Made by a program: the position numbers and the translations under genes. From Hypanus sabinus (Eukaryota), in NCBI RefSeq assembly GCF_030144855.1, contig NC_082717.1, positions 4,960,001 to 5,024,000 of the forward strand: a stretch of DNA of 64,000 nt, written 5' to 3'. Every line of letters starts with the position of its first letter. The first letter of the stretch is position 1. Of the stretch, positions 45,780-59,000 are shown piece after piece. The notes below the pieces were generated by a model, which was not told where the DNA came from, ran no database searches, and saw only the letters and a list, made by a program, of their open reading frames with translations.

Positions 45780-46500
45780 CAGAATCAGGTTTAGTATCAC
45801 TGGCTTAGGTTGGGAAACCTGTTGTTATGTGGCAGCAGTACATGGCAAGCCATAATAATAAAAGTTGTGATTTGTAGTTAAATAAGTAGTGTGAGAAGAG
45901 TCAAAAATAGTGAGGTAGTGTTTATGGGTTCCATGTCCATTCAGAAATCTGAAGACAGAGGGGAAGAATCTGTTCTTGAAGAATTGAGTCGGTGCCTTCA
46001 GCCTCCTGGTAGCAACGTGAAGACGGCACGTCCTGGGTGATGGGGGCTCTTAATAATGGACACCAACTTTTTGAAGCATCGCTCCTTGAAGATATCCTGG
46101 ATCCTGGGGAGGCTAGTGAACATGATGGAGATGACTGACTTTACAACTTTCTGCAGCTTCTTCTGATCCTGTGCAGTGACATTCCCTCCCCCTCCCCTCT
46201 CCCCGTACCAGACAGTGATGCAGGCAGTTGGGATACTCTCCATAGTACATCTGTTGAAACTTGTGAGAGTATTTGGTGACATTCCAAATCTCCTCAAACT
46301 TCTCATGAAATATAGCCACTGTCAAGCCTTGTTTGTAACTGCATCGATGTGTTGCGTACAGGAGAGTCCCTCAGAGACGTTGACACCCAGCAACTTCAAA
46401 TTGCTCACTCTTCCCACTTCTGATCCCTCCATGAGGACTGGCGTGTGTTCCCTTGTCCTACCCTATCGGAAATCTACAATCAATTCCTTGCCAGCTAGAA
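45780..46500 (-). mobile_element. Rex1/Babar-like LINE 3' fragment
   Basis: Minus-strand TMESIPTACITVWYG...KLQKVVKS...LPRIQDIFKERC. Confidence 0.8.
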
Positions 46501-46809
46501 ATATTCCAGTGGTTAGCACTGCTGTTCCACTACATGCTCCTGTTTGATGTATTTCTGTAGTTTTGACTTTTACACCTCAGCACTCATGGTGTCAAAGTCC
46601 TCAGACTCTCTGAGCCTGATCACACTGACAGCAGAACAAACAGATTCACAGAGTAATACAGCGAATCGGTGAACATTCAGCCCATCTAGTCCATGCTGAC
46701 CAGGATGCCCCTATCTACATGAATCACACTGGCCTGAATTTGGCCGATGACTCTCCAAAACATTCCTCTCCATGTACCTGTGTAAATGTTATTTTAATGT
46801 AGTAATTCT

Positions 46810-47222
46810 ACCTGTCTGCTGTTTGTACAGGGTGTTGGGTTGGAGATATATCTGCATCAAAGGAGGTGAAAGGCACTCCTTCCCTCCACTACCTACAGGT
46901 CACCCTTGGGTACGGTGTAGCACCTGCTTTGCCCCCATCCCCCATCAGGGTCATGTGAACCCATGGGAGCAGGTGGCGGATGGTCATATGAGCAGTGGTG
47001 TATATCACAAGTCCTGGTTCTGTGACCATTGATGCCAGGCAGACAATCCCTGAAAAGTATTGATCATGGCTGGTGTCACCCGTCTTGTAAAGACACTGCC
47101 CAGGAGAAGGTGATGGCAAACCAATTCTGTAGAACAAAATTGCTAAGAGTAATCATGATCTCGGGCCAACGATCACCCATGACATACGACACAGTACATA
47201 ATGATGATGATGACGACAATGT
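46810..47222 (+). mobile_element. SINE-like repeat with RTE-related segment and (GAT)n tail
   Basis: ggagaaggtgatggcaaacca resembles the RTE/BovB-type GGAGAAGGCAATGGCAACCCA motif; atgatgatgatgac tail. Confidence 0.45.
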
Positions 47223-47559
47223 CCCAGCAATAGCGTACAAGCTAAATGATCTAATACATCCATCTGTGCCCAGGAGTGTTTGACAGAACTTAACCCTGTA
47301 TAGAATCTGTTTTATCCCGGCCATTTCAGAAGTGAGAGGGGTGTTCAGTCAACAGGAGCTCCCCCCTTTACGGCCAAAGTCAAAGTTGAGTTTAATGTTG
47401 AACGTGTGTGTACAGGTGTCATGAAAAACTGACTGGAAGCAGCATTGGAATCGATTTATGATTGTCACAAGGATGGAGATTCAGTGAGAAACCTGTCCTA
47501 CACACTCTTCATTACATGACAACATCATGAACAGAATACAGAATAAAGTGTAACAGCTA

Positions 47560-48990
47560 CAGAGAGAGTGCAGTGCAGGCAGAGAGGTCATAGTGAGGGA
47601 GACTGGGAGATCAGGAGTCCATCTTCTTGTACCAGAAAACTCCCAGATAACCACATCTGCTCCAGGTGCACCGAGCTGCAGCTCCTCAGAGAACGTGTTA
47701 AAGAACTGGAGCTCATCGGGGAAACTGAGGAGATGATAGAGCAGAGCTACAGGGAGGGAGTCACCCCGAGGCAGGTGAATGGGTGACGGTCAGGAGAGGG
47801 AATGGAAATGGGCAGCCGGTACAGATCCCCCTGTGGCTGTGCCCCTCAATAACAAGTGTACCGTTTTGGATACTGTTGCGAGGGATGACATGCCAGGGGT
47901 GAGTCACAGTGACAGAGTCTCTAGCCCTGTGTCTGGTGCTGTGGCTTAGAAGGGGAGGGTTCTGAGTAGGAATGCAGTGGCAATAGGAGATTCCATAGTT
48001 AGAGGAGCAGATCAGAGAGTCTGTCAATGTGATAGAGAGACACAAATGGCATATTGCCCCCAGGCACCAGGGTCAGGAATGCCATCAATCATGTCCATGA
48101 CATTGTAAAGTGGAGTGAGGGCAGCAGATGACTGGGAACAAATTGGTACCAATGACAGAGGAAAGAAGAGGGAGAGGGGCCGACATTAGAGAATTTAGAG
48201 ATCTCGGTAGAAAGCTTGCAAAGCAGGACCTCTGGATTGCTGCCTGTGCCACGTGCCAGTGAGGGTAAGAAAAGGATGATGTGGCAGATGACTACGTTGC
48301 TGAGGAACTGGTGCAATGGGCGCTGTTTCAGATTTCTGGATGATTCAGTGGCGTATAACCTCTGTGGAATCGTGGGTTACACCTGAACCTGAAGGTGACC
48401 AAAATCCGAGCAGGCAGGTTTGCTGGAACCTAATTTGGCAGGAGGATTTGAACTGGAGTGATAGGACTGAGGTTAGGGATGTTGGCTTACAAGCAGAACC
48501 ATTGTATAGTGAAACTGTCAGGAAGGACAGGCAGATGAATAAGCAACACACAAAATGCTGGAGGGATTCAGCAGGCCAGGCAGCAACTATGGAAAAGAGT
48601 ACAGTTGATGTTTTGGGTTGAGATCCTAGTCCTTCTGAAGTTTCTCTGCCTGAAATATCGACTGGACTCTTCCACAGATGCTGTCTGACCTTCTGAGTTC
48701 CTCCAGCATTTTATGCGTGTTGCTTAGATTTCCAACATCTGCAGATTTTCTCTTATTTGTGATATCATCAGGCCAAACTGCAGTCAGTGGGATGTGTTAA
48801 AGTATTACAGGTGGGGCAAAATCAAAAAGTGTGATGAATACAGGTGTGAAGGTGTTATATTTGAATGCAGGTAGCATATGGAATAAGGAGTATGATCTTG
48901 CAGCATAGTTAGAGATTGGCAGGTATGTCATTGTGGACATCACTGAGTTGTGGCTGAAAGAAAATCACAGTGGGAGTTCATCAACAAAAC
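47560..48990 (+). mobile_element. CR1 5' region (ORF1 and endonuclease start), degenerate, with Penelope-like termini inserted
   Basis: HICSRCTELQLLRERV, ataggagattcc (IGDS), ITELWL motifs. Confidence 0.75.
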
Positions 48991-49593
48991 AACAGCAAAA
49001 TTATCCCCTTTCCTCTCATTCTCACTCTCACAATCACACCCTTACACACACACACATGTACACACATCCTGCAACACCACGACAGCCTGTTTTCAGCCTC
49101 CAGTGGACTTGTGGAATCACAGACAATGTGTTATCACTTCTCCAGCCAACTCCAGGCTGCCACCAGATTTCTGGTTGTCCAATCAACCTTCAGTGTCGAC
49201 ACAGGACTTGCCGACAATGACGACCGAGGATCCTGGATGAAGACCCAAACACCAAGCCTTGAATTCTGGTCCTCCGGATGACCAACCTGGCTCTCAATGA
49301 ATTTTAGGAAGCCATCAATATCCAAGAAACCCCTCACCCAGAAGGTGCTTTCTTCATCGCTGGCGACTATAACTACACATAACCGACTAGATCTTACCTG
49401 AAGATTTGCCAACACATTGAGATGAGCACATGGGGAGAAGCATAATCGACCACTGCTATTCTCCCATCTGCAATGCTTACAAAGCACTTCTCTGCCCTCC
49501 ATTTGGAAAGTCTGATTATTCCTCCATCTTGCCCCAGGCTAAAACTGAAACAGGGAGCGGCTGTGGTGAAAACCATCCATTGTTGGTCTAAGC

Positions 49594-50328
49594 CAGGGGT
49601 CGGCAACGTTTACCACTGAAAGAGCCAATATGGACCCATTTCCCACAGAAAAGAAAACACTGGGAGCCACAAAACCCGTTTGACATTTAAAATGAAATAA
49701 CACTGCATACAACGTTTTTTTTTGCCTTTATGCTATGTATAAACAAACTATAATGTGTTGCATTTATGAAATTGATGAACTCCTGCAGAGAAAACAAAAT
49801 TACATTTCTGCATGCAACAAAAACATTTTGAACTCCGAAAAAAAGACGTTGGGTTGAAGGTTACTCCATAGTTAGCCTACCTTGGATCGAAGAATTCAAA
49901 GAAAGCGCGCACTGGCGGGTGTCAGGCATTGGCAGTGGTGATGTATATTAATAGCGATAAAAAACACGTTGTAGCGGTGTGCTACATGCAGCGCTAAAAT
50001 GAAGACACTGCAGTCAAGGTAACTTTATTCAAACTAAACAGCCTTGCTTTAAAGCCTCCCTCAACCTGTCCCCGTGGGCGCGGATGCTCCAAAAGACACG
50101 TACTCACAAACCCCCGTAGGCTATCTCCCTTAGCCAGAACGGTGGCTAATTGTGAGCCGGTTCGGATGTGCCAGGAAATGAGGTCTCCACAATGTTTTTA
50201 GATTGTACAAGATCACCATAATCTTCAAATTTTGAATTACATTTCAAAAACTAACAAACCACGGGGAGCCGCAGCACAGAGATGAAAGAGTCGCATGTGG
50301 CTCCGGAGCCGCAGGTTGCTGACCCTTG
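49594..50328. mobile_element. hAT (Charlie-like) non-autonomous element with perfect 8-bp TSD GTCTAAGC
   Basis: Ends CAGGGGTCGGCAAC...GTTGCTGACCCTTG; gtctaagc at 49586-49593 and 50329-50336. Confidence 0.92.
49970..50191 (-). mobile_element. Short solo LTR (222 bp) nested in the hAT element; same family as 15304-15518
   Basis: Reverse complement aligns end to end with 15304-15518; flanks acgt/atgt fit a 4-bp TSD with CpG decay. Confidence 0.85.
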
Positions 50329-50952
50329 GTCTAAGCAATCAGTCTCAACGTTACAAGACTGCTTTGATAGCATAGTCTGGGAGATATTTCAAGCTGAGAA
50401 CATCTCCGAATATGCGAAAGTATATGGAAGTGCAATGAAGACATTCTTTTCCAAAAATTAGTCACAGTCTACCCAAACCAGAAGCCTTGGATAAACAGTT
50501 CAGTGCATTTTGCTCTCAGCGCAAGGGATAAAGCCTTCACCTCAAGAAATTCCTCTATGATTTATATACAGCCATCAAGGTGGCAAAACGGCAACACAGG
50601 GACAAATTCCAGTCACAATTCTGTGACAATGACACACACAGTGTTTGGCAAGGGCTGCACACCATTGTGGACATCAAGAAGAGACACAGGAGTACAGCCA
50701 ACATGGATGTCTTGTTCCCGGATGAGGTAAGTATTTTTTATGCTCGATTCGAGGTTGATAGGACTGAACCCCTGAGGAGAGCCATCATTGAAACCGGCTC
50801 CTTGGTTATCTCTGAGGCTGAGGTATGTAAAACATTCCAGCCGCGAGGCAAGGCGATGGGGCTGGACGGCATCCCAGGGCAGGTCCTCGAAGTGTGTGCA
50901 GAACAGCTGGCTGGTGTGTTTACGGACATTGTTAATCTCTCCCTTGTGTGCT

Positions 50953-52609
50953 TGTCAGGAACGGGGGCCGGATGGACCAAAACGCAGGACACAGACACTG
51001 AAGTACTAGGGGGAGGACAGGATGGGGATGCCATGGCATGTAAGGGTTAATGCAGGCGGGGCTGGATCCAAGAGTCCAGACGAGACGGGCGGGCAGGCAG
51101 GCTGATCCCACAGTTCGGGGCGGATGGGCTGATCCCACAGTTCGGGGCGGGCGGGCTGATCCCACAGTTTGGGGCGGGCAGGCTGATCCCACAGTTCGGG
51201 GCGGGTGGGCTGATCCCACAGTTCAGGGTGGGCGGGCGGGCTGATCCCACAGTTCGGGGCGGGCGGGCAGGCTGATCCCACAGTTTGGGGCGGGCGGGCA
51301 GTCTGATCCCACAGTTCGGGGCGGGCGGGCAGGCTGATCCCACAGTTCGGGGCGGGCGGGCAGGCTGATCCCACAGTTCGGGGCGGGCAGGCTGATCCCA
51401 CAGTTCGGGGTGGGCGGGCAGGCTGATCCCACAGTTCGGGGTGGGCGGGCAGGCTGATCCCACAGTTCGGGGTGGGCAGGCTGATCCCACAGTTCGGGGC
51501 GGGCAGGCTGATCCCACAGTTCGGGGCGGGCGGGCAGGCTGATCCCACAGTTCAGGGCGGGCGGGCAGGCTGATCCCACAGTTCGGGGCGGGCAGGCTGA
51601 TCCCACAGTTCGGGGCGGGCGGGCAGGCTGATTCCACAGTTCAGGGCGGGTGGGCTGATCCCACAGTTCAGGGCGGGTGGGCTGATCCCACAGTTCAGGG
51701 CGGGCGGGCAGGCTGATCCCACAGTTCGGGGTGGGCAGGCTGATCCCACAGTTCAGGGCGGGCGGGCAGGCTGATCCCACAGTTCGGGGTGGGCAGGCTG
51801 ATTCCACAGTTCAGGGCGGGCGGGCAGGCTGATCCCACAGTTCGGGGCAGGCAGGCAGGCAGGCAGGCAGATTCCTCATGGCAGGCCGCCGGGATCCCGG
51901 GCTGGGCCGCCTCCCAGGTGGGTACACGAAGGCCTGGGCCAATCGCGGACACCTGGGCAGGTGCGGGGCACAACCCTTAGGGAGCAATAGGTGGAAAGGG
52001 CAGAACCCCCGCTGGGTAGCAGCAGTCCGGCCAGACCCGCCGACGGAGGCAAGTTATCAGGAGGAAGCTGGGTCCAGGGTGAGCAGCAGAACTACCGTAA
52101 TCCACCGGGTTATTTGGTAAACGCAACCGAAAGCGCGGGCAAGACGAATAAGATGGAACAGCAGGGCCAGTGCACCCAAGAGGAGCAGGAAAGGCATGAT
52201 GAACCGGGTAAAACAGGTACAGAGTGGGTTGCAGAGTAGAATAGAGAGCCGGTTGCAGAACAGGCAAAAGGTAGGATACAGAGCAGGATATGGAGCAAAC
52301 GAACCAGGTGTAGAGTAGATTAAACCAACTTCGGAGCAGACCAGGAGTAGACGAACCAGGTATAGAGCTGGTTAAACCAGCTTCGGAGCTAACAGGATGT
52401 AAAACAAAATGACCACCCGCCCAGTCTCCGTCCCACGACCCCTTATAAACACCTGCAGCCGAATTGGCCACAAGTGTGCCTCCTTGATCCAGGATGATCT
52501 TAACAGGCTCAAAGGGGCTGGGAGGGACAGCTGCAAGACCCGGAGTCCAGAGCATTCAGACCGGATCGAGACCCAGAACACGGATTCTGGACCGGACCAG
52601 ACCCTGACA
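50953..52609. mobile_element. LTR-like element (1657 bp) with 5-bp TSD GTGCT
   Basis: TGTCAGG...CCTGACA termini; gtgct at 50948-50952 and 52610-52614; interrupts the Rex1 RT frame. Confidence 0.88.
51080..51875 (+). repeat. GC-rich 26-30 bp minisatellite (gctgatcccacagttcggggcgggc[gggc]ag)n inside the LTR-like element
   Basis: More than 25 near-perfect units; source of the ARPELWDQP/PRTVGSAC pseudo-ORFs. Confidence 0.96.
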
Positions 52610-54214
52610 GTGCTGTCCTGTTTCAAATCGTTCATTGTTGCCCCTAACCTAAGAAAACCAAGGTAGCAGGCCTGAAAGATTGGCGTCCTGTCGCACTCAC
52701 CTCAATTATAAGCAAATTCTTTGAAAGGCTGGTTAAAGACTACATCTGCAGCATGATACCACCCACACTGGACCTCTATAATTTGCCTACCGACGCAACT
52801 GGTCTAACAATGACAGCACAGCAACAACACTGCACACTGTCCTCACTCACCGGGAGAAGAAGGATGCCTACATTGGAATGTTGTTCCTGGACTACAGTTC
52901 AGCATTCAATACCTTTATGCCCTCCAGACTTGACAGGAAGTTCAGAAAGTCTGCCTTGTGCAGCTGGATCCTAAACTTCCTAATGGATCGTCAACGGATG
53001 GTAAGGGTGGGCTCCCTCACCTCTGCCCCTCTGACCTTCGGCATAGGGGTTGTGTTCTGAGTCCCCTCCTCTATTCCCTTTACACCCACAACTCTGCTGC
53101 CACACGCAGCTCCAATCTGATGATCAAATTCATAGATGACTTGACATTGATTGGCCTTATTTCTAGCAGTGACAAGACAACCTACAGAGGAGGGGTTAAC
53201 ACCCTGACATAGAGGTGCCAAGATAAACACAAAGTACATCGCAGATGTTTTGGTCAAATCAACATGTACAAACAAGCTGGATGAACTCAGCAAGTTGGGC
53301 AGCATCCGTTGAAACGAGCAGTCAACATTTCGGGCCGAGATCCTTCGTCAGGACAAGATAATTACCTTTCTCTTAATGTCCGAAAATCAGAAGAGCTGAT
53401 TGTGGTTTACAGGAGGAACTGAGACAGTCTTGCCCTGATCAACATCAATGGGACTGCAGTTGAGGGGTGAGTAGTTTCAAGTTCCTCAGTATACACATGT
53501 GGTGAACTACATATACCTGTCTGCTCAGGCCCCGCCCCCCACTGACTGCTTCTGTGGCTCCTCCCACAGACCCCGGTATAAAGGCGATTGGAGGTACTGC
53601 TCCTTCCTCAGTCTCCAGGATGTTGTGTGGTGGTCGCTTGCTGCTTGTGCTTTCTTCCAGCCAATAAAAGCCTACCTTAGCTCATGTCTCTGAGAGTTAT
53701 TGATGGTGCATTGACACATCACCGATAATCTCACCTGGACTGTACGCACCGGCTGTGAGGCAAAAAAAAAACTCAACGGTGTCCCTTCCACCTCAAGTGA
53801 ATGAGGAGAGGCAAATCCTAAAGACAAGGGCACCATTGAGTGCATCCTGACTGGCTCTGTCCCTGTCTGTAATGGGAACAACACCAACTTCGATCGCTGG
53901 GCACTGCAGAGAGTGGTACGGACAGCCCAGAACAACTGTGAGTGTGAACTTCCCTCCATTGAGGACGTTTACAGCAGCAGGTGCAGAAAGAAGGCCTGGA
54001 AGATCATCGGGGGCACCATCAACCCAACCATAAACTGTTTCAGCTGCTTCTGCCTGGCAAACAGTAATGCAGCAATAAAGCCAGGAGCAACAGTCTACAG
54101 GACAGCTTCTTTCTACAAGCCTTCGGATTCATGTATGTGTACATTGCGATGGAGTCATAACACAAAGATTTTTACTCCCTCGTGTTGTGGGATGGATGTA
54201 AGATTAAAATTTAA

Positions 54215-54720
54215 AATGATGTGGCACTTTACACTAAACATTGAGCTCTGGACTTGCCGATGATGTGACCCTGAGAACGAAGTGTTGAACTCAAGACTCG
54301 CTGATGATGTGACCCCAGACACAAACCCTCGGACGCAGGACTTGCCAACTGATGTGACCCCGATCAAAAAGCCTTGAACTCGAGTTCACGATGTGACCAC
54401 CAACACAAAGCCTTCAATTCTGGAACTGATTGAGTGAACACTAAGCCATGAATTCTAGTCTTGACGATGATGAGGGACCAAACACTCAGCCTTGAACTCT
54501 AGACTTGCCAATGAAGTGACCACAAACGTGAAGCCTTGAATTCTGGATTGACGATGATGTGACAATGAACATGAAGCCTTGACATATGGACTTGCAGATG
54601 ATATGACACCGAATACTGGGCGTTGATGTGTGGACTAGTGGATATTGTGACCCTGAACACTAAGCCTTGAATTCTGGACTTGCAGATGACATGAAACCAA
54701 ACACTAAGCTTCGAACTCCG
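54215..54720 (+). repeat. Degenerate 44-bp tandem repeat, left part (gatgatgtgaccctgaacactaagccttgaactctggacttgcc)
   Basis: About 11 diverged units; continues at 58483-59000. Confidence 0.9.
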
Positions 54721-57700
54721 GATCTGGGGCCTCTTCTGGGGGAGGTATGACCTGTACAAAAAGGATGGGTTACACCTGAACCCAAAGGGGTCCAATATCA
54801 TAGCGGGCACAGTTCATAGAGCTTTTAGGGAGGGTTTAAACTAATCTGGCAGGGGGATGGGATCCTGAGTGATAGGGCTGAGGAAGGGGAAAACAAAAAG
54901 TCAAAGATTGCGTGCAACAGAGATTATAGAAAGAACAAGCAGGAGGTGAGGCTTAATCAAAGCCAGTGGCAAGTGTTAAAGGGCCAACAGAGACATGGTG
55001 CAGTTAAAACAGAAAGCAACAGATACTGGACTGACAGTGTTGTGTTTGAATGCACGTAGCATAGGAAGTGAAATGGACGAGCTTGAAATTCAACTACAGA
55101 TTGGTAAGTATGACATTGTGGCAATCTCTGAAACTTGACTAAAGGACGGCTGCCATTGGGAACAGAATGTCCAAGGATACAGAGTGTATTGGAAAGATAG
55201 GTAAGTAGGCAGAGGGGGTGGTGTGGCCCTGTGTATAAGAAATGATATTAAGTCATTGGAACGGGATGACATAGGATTGGAAGCTGCAGAGTCTCTATGG
55301 GTTGAGTTAAGAAATGGCCAGGGTAAAAGGACCCTAACGGCAGATGTGTACAGGCCTCCAAACAGCAACTGGAATGTGGATTACAAATTACAGCAGGAGG
55401 TAGAAAAGGCATACCATACCAGAAAAAAGGCAATATCATGATAATTGCCGGTGTTTTTAACATGAAAGCGGATTGGGAAAACCAGGCCAGTACTGGACCT
55501 CAAGAGAGAGAACTTGTAGAATGTCTAAGGGTTGGCTTTTTAGAACAGCTTGCTGTTGAGCCCACTAGAGGATCAGCTGTGCTGGATTGGGTGTTGTGCA
55601 ATGATCCGGAGGTGATAAGAGAGCTTAAGGTTAAGGAACCCATAGGGAACAGTAATCACAATATGATCGAGTTTACTTTGAAATCTGAGAGGGAAAAAAT
55701 AAAATCTAATGTGTTGCTATTTCAGTGGAATAAAGGAAATTACATTGGCATGAGAGGGGAACTGGCCAAAGTTGACTGGAAAGGGACATTTGTGGGAAGG
55801 ATAGCAGGGCAGCAATGGCTGGAGTTTCTGTGAAAATGAGGGAAGTGCAAGACAGATATATTCCAAATAAGAAGAAATTTTCAAAGGGAAGAAGGTCACT
55901 ACCGTGGCTGATAAATGAAGTCAGAGCCAAAGTAAAAGCAAAAGAGAGGGCATACAAGGAAGCCAGAGGTAGTGGAAACCATATAACCATAGAACATTAC
56001 AGCACAGAAACAGGCCTTTTGGCCCTTCTTGGCTGTGCTGAATCATTTTTCTGCCTAGTCCAACTGACCTGCACCTGGACCATATCCCTCCATACACCTC
56101 TCATCCATGTACTTGTCCAAGTTTTCCTTAAATGTTAAAAGTGAGCCCGCATTTACTACTTCATCTGGCAGCTCATTCCACACTCATACCACTCTCTGTG
56201 TGAAGAAGCCCCCCCCCCCAAATGTTCCCTTTAAACTTTTTCCCCTTCACCCTTAGCCCATGTCCTCTTTTTTTCTCCCCTAACCCCAATGGAAAAAGCC
56301 TGCTTGCGTTCACTCTATCTATACCCATCATAATTTTATACACCTCTATCAAATCTCCCCTCATTCTTCTATGCTCCAGGGAATAAAGTTCTAACCTCTT
56401 CAATCTTTCTCTGTGACTCAGTTTCTCAAGTCCTGGCAACATCCTTGTAAACCTTCTCTGCACTCTTTCAACCTTATTAATATCCTTCCTGTAATTAGGT
56501 GACCAAAACTGCACACAATATAGAAAATAGAGGATTGGTGAGCTTTTAAGAACTTGCAGAAGGAAACTAAAAAGGACAAGATGAATTATGAGAAGAAGCT
56601 GGCGACTAATATCAAAGAAGGTACTAAAAGCCTTTTTTTAAAGTACATAAACAGACAGACAGACATACTTTATTGATCCCGAGGGAAATTGGGTTTTGTT
56701 ACAGTCGCACCAACCAAGAATAGTGTAGAAGGGTAAAAGAGAGTTGAAAGTAGATACAAGACCAATAGAAAATGACACTGGAGATATGGTAATGAGAGAC
56801 ACAGAGATGACAGAGGAACTGAATGCATATTTTGCATCAGTCTTCACTGTGCAAGATTTCTGCAGTATACTGGACGTTTAAGAGTGTCAGGGAAGTGAAG
56901 TATGTGCAGTAAAAATTACGACTGAGAAGGTGCTCAGGAAGGTTAACGGAATGAGAGTGGATAAATCTCCTGGACCTGATGGAATGCACCCTCAGGTTCT
57001 GAAGGAAGTAGTTGTAGAGATTGCAGAGGCATTAACGGTGATCTTTCAAGAATCGATAGATTCTGGCATTGTACTGGATGACTGGAAAATTGATAATGTT
57101 ACTCTGCTATTTAAGAAGGGTGGGAGGCAGCAGAAAGGAAACTATAGACCTGTTAGCCTGACATCAGTGGTTGGGAAGTTGTTGGAATCGATCGTTAGGG
57201 ATGAGATTACGGTGTACCTGGAGGCACATGACAAGATAGGCCAAAGCAAGAATGGTTTCCTGAAAGGAAGATCCTGCCTGATGAACCTACTGCAATTCTT
57301 TGAAGAAATTACAAGCAGGATAGACAAAGGAGATGTAGTAGAAGTGGTGTACTTAGATTTTCAGAAGGCCTTTGAGAAGGTGCCACACATGACGCTGCTT
57401 AGCAAGATAAGAGCGCATGGAATTACAAGGAGGTTATTAGCAGCGGTGGAGCATTAGCTGATTGGCATAAAACATAGAATGGGAATAAAGGGATCCTATT
57501 CTGGCCAGCTGCCGGTTACCAGTGGAGATCCACAGTGGTCAGTGTTGGGACCGCTGCTTTTTACGATGTGTGCCAATGATTTGGACTATGGGATTAATGG
57601 ATTTGTGACTAAATCTGCTGAAGATACAAACATAGGTGAAGGAGCAGGTAGTGTTGAGGAAACAGAGAGCCTGCAGAGAGACTTGGATAGTTTACGGGAA

Positions 57701-58482
57701 TGGGAAAAGAAGTGGCAAATGAAATACAATGTTGGAAAGTGTATGGTCATGCAATATGGTGGAAGAAATAAACAGGCAGACTATTATTTAGATGGGGAGA
57801 GAATTCAGAATGCAGAGATGAAAAGGGACTTGGGAGTCCTTGTGCAGGATACCCTGAAGCTTAACCTCCAGGTTGAATCGGCGGTGAAGAAGGCGAATGC
57901 AATGTTGGCATTCAGTTCGATAGGCATAGAATATAAGAGCAGGGATGTGATGTTGAGGCACATATGAGACCACACTTGGAGCATTTTAGAAAGGGTATAC
58001 TGACATTGGAGAGTGTTCAGAGAAGATTCACAAGAATGATTCCAGGAATGAAATTGTTACTGTATGAGGAACATCTGGCAGCTCTTGGGCTGTATTCCCT
58101 GGAGTTCAGGAGAATAAGGGGGAATAAGAGAATAAGAATAGAAACATTCCAAATGTTAAAAGGCCTGAACAGATTAGTTCTTGGTAGGGGAGTCTAGGAC
58201 AAGAGGGCATGATTTTAGGATTGAAGGACTTCTATATAGAACAGAGATGCAGAAAAATTACTTTAGGCAGAGGATGGTAAATCTGTGGAATTTGTTGCCA
58301 TGAGTGACTGTGGAGACCAAGGCAGAGATAGTTAGGTTCTTTATTAGCCAGGGCATCAAAGGGCATGAAGAGAAGGCAGGGGAGTGGGGATGACTGGAAG
58401 AATTGGACCAGGTCATGATGAAATGGTGGAGCAGTCTCACCGGGCTGAATGGCATACTTCTGCTCCCATACCTTATGGTCTT
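54721..58482 (+). mobile_element. Long degenerate CR1 (ORF1 end, endonuclease, RT, tail) splitting the 44-bp satellite
   Basis: VYRPPNS, NSNHNMIEF, DKSPGPDGMHP, NYRPVSLTSVVGK, YLDFQKAFEKVPH. Confidence 0.93.
55978..56522 (-). mobile_element. Young CR1 3' fragment nested in CR1
   Basis: Minus-strand QFWSPNYRKDINKVERVQRRFTRMLPG and an aaccatataaccatag tail. Confidence 0.93.
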
Positions 58483-59000
58483 TGAACTCTAAGCTTCTAA
58501 GGACTTGCCAGTGATGTTACACCAAACTTGAAGCCTTGAAACATGGAGTTAATGATGTGACCACAAACACATACCTCAAAGTCCAGACTTGCTAGTGATG
58601 TGTGCTGAACAGTAAGCATTAAATTCTGGACCTAATGATGATATGACTCCAGGCACTACACTTTTAACACTGTACTAGCTGAACATTAGACTCCTTAAAG
58701 TCTGATCTTATTAATGATATGACACTGAACATTCAGCCTTGATGTCTGGACTTGCTGATGATATGACACTGAAAACACTGCCTTGAAGTCCGAACCTGTT
58801 GATATTATGACACTAAACACTCAGCCTTGAAGTCTGGACTCAATAATATGACATTTAACACGTTGCCTTGAAGTCTGGATCGCCAATAATGTAACACCAA
58901 ACACTCGGACCTGAACTCTGCCTTTGTCGATGATGTGACCCCAAACACTAGCCCTTGAACTCTAGACTTGCCGATGATGTGACGCCGAGCACGAGGCCTC
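58483..59000 (+). repeat. Degenerate 44-bp tandem repeat, right part
   Basis: Same unit as 54215-54720. Confidence 0.88.

Larger units (their letters stand above)
49150..54140 (+). mobile_element. Rex1/Babar-like LINE carrying nested insertions
   Basis: DEVSIFYARF, GLDGIPGQVL...VFTDIVNLSL, tggcgtcctgtcgcactcacc (WRPVALT), MLFLDYSSAFNT, KFIDDLTLIG, LPSIEDVYSSRC. Confidence 0.9.

Noticed and set aside
51006-51973. Pro-rich repetitive ORFs (ARPELWDQP etc.)
   Set aside because: Translations of the GC-rich minisatellite inside a TSD-bounded element.
54215-59000. 44-bp repeat as a CRISPR array or C/D snoRNA cluster
   Set aside because: No unique spacers and a vertebrate context; units are too short and too degenerate for snoRNAs.
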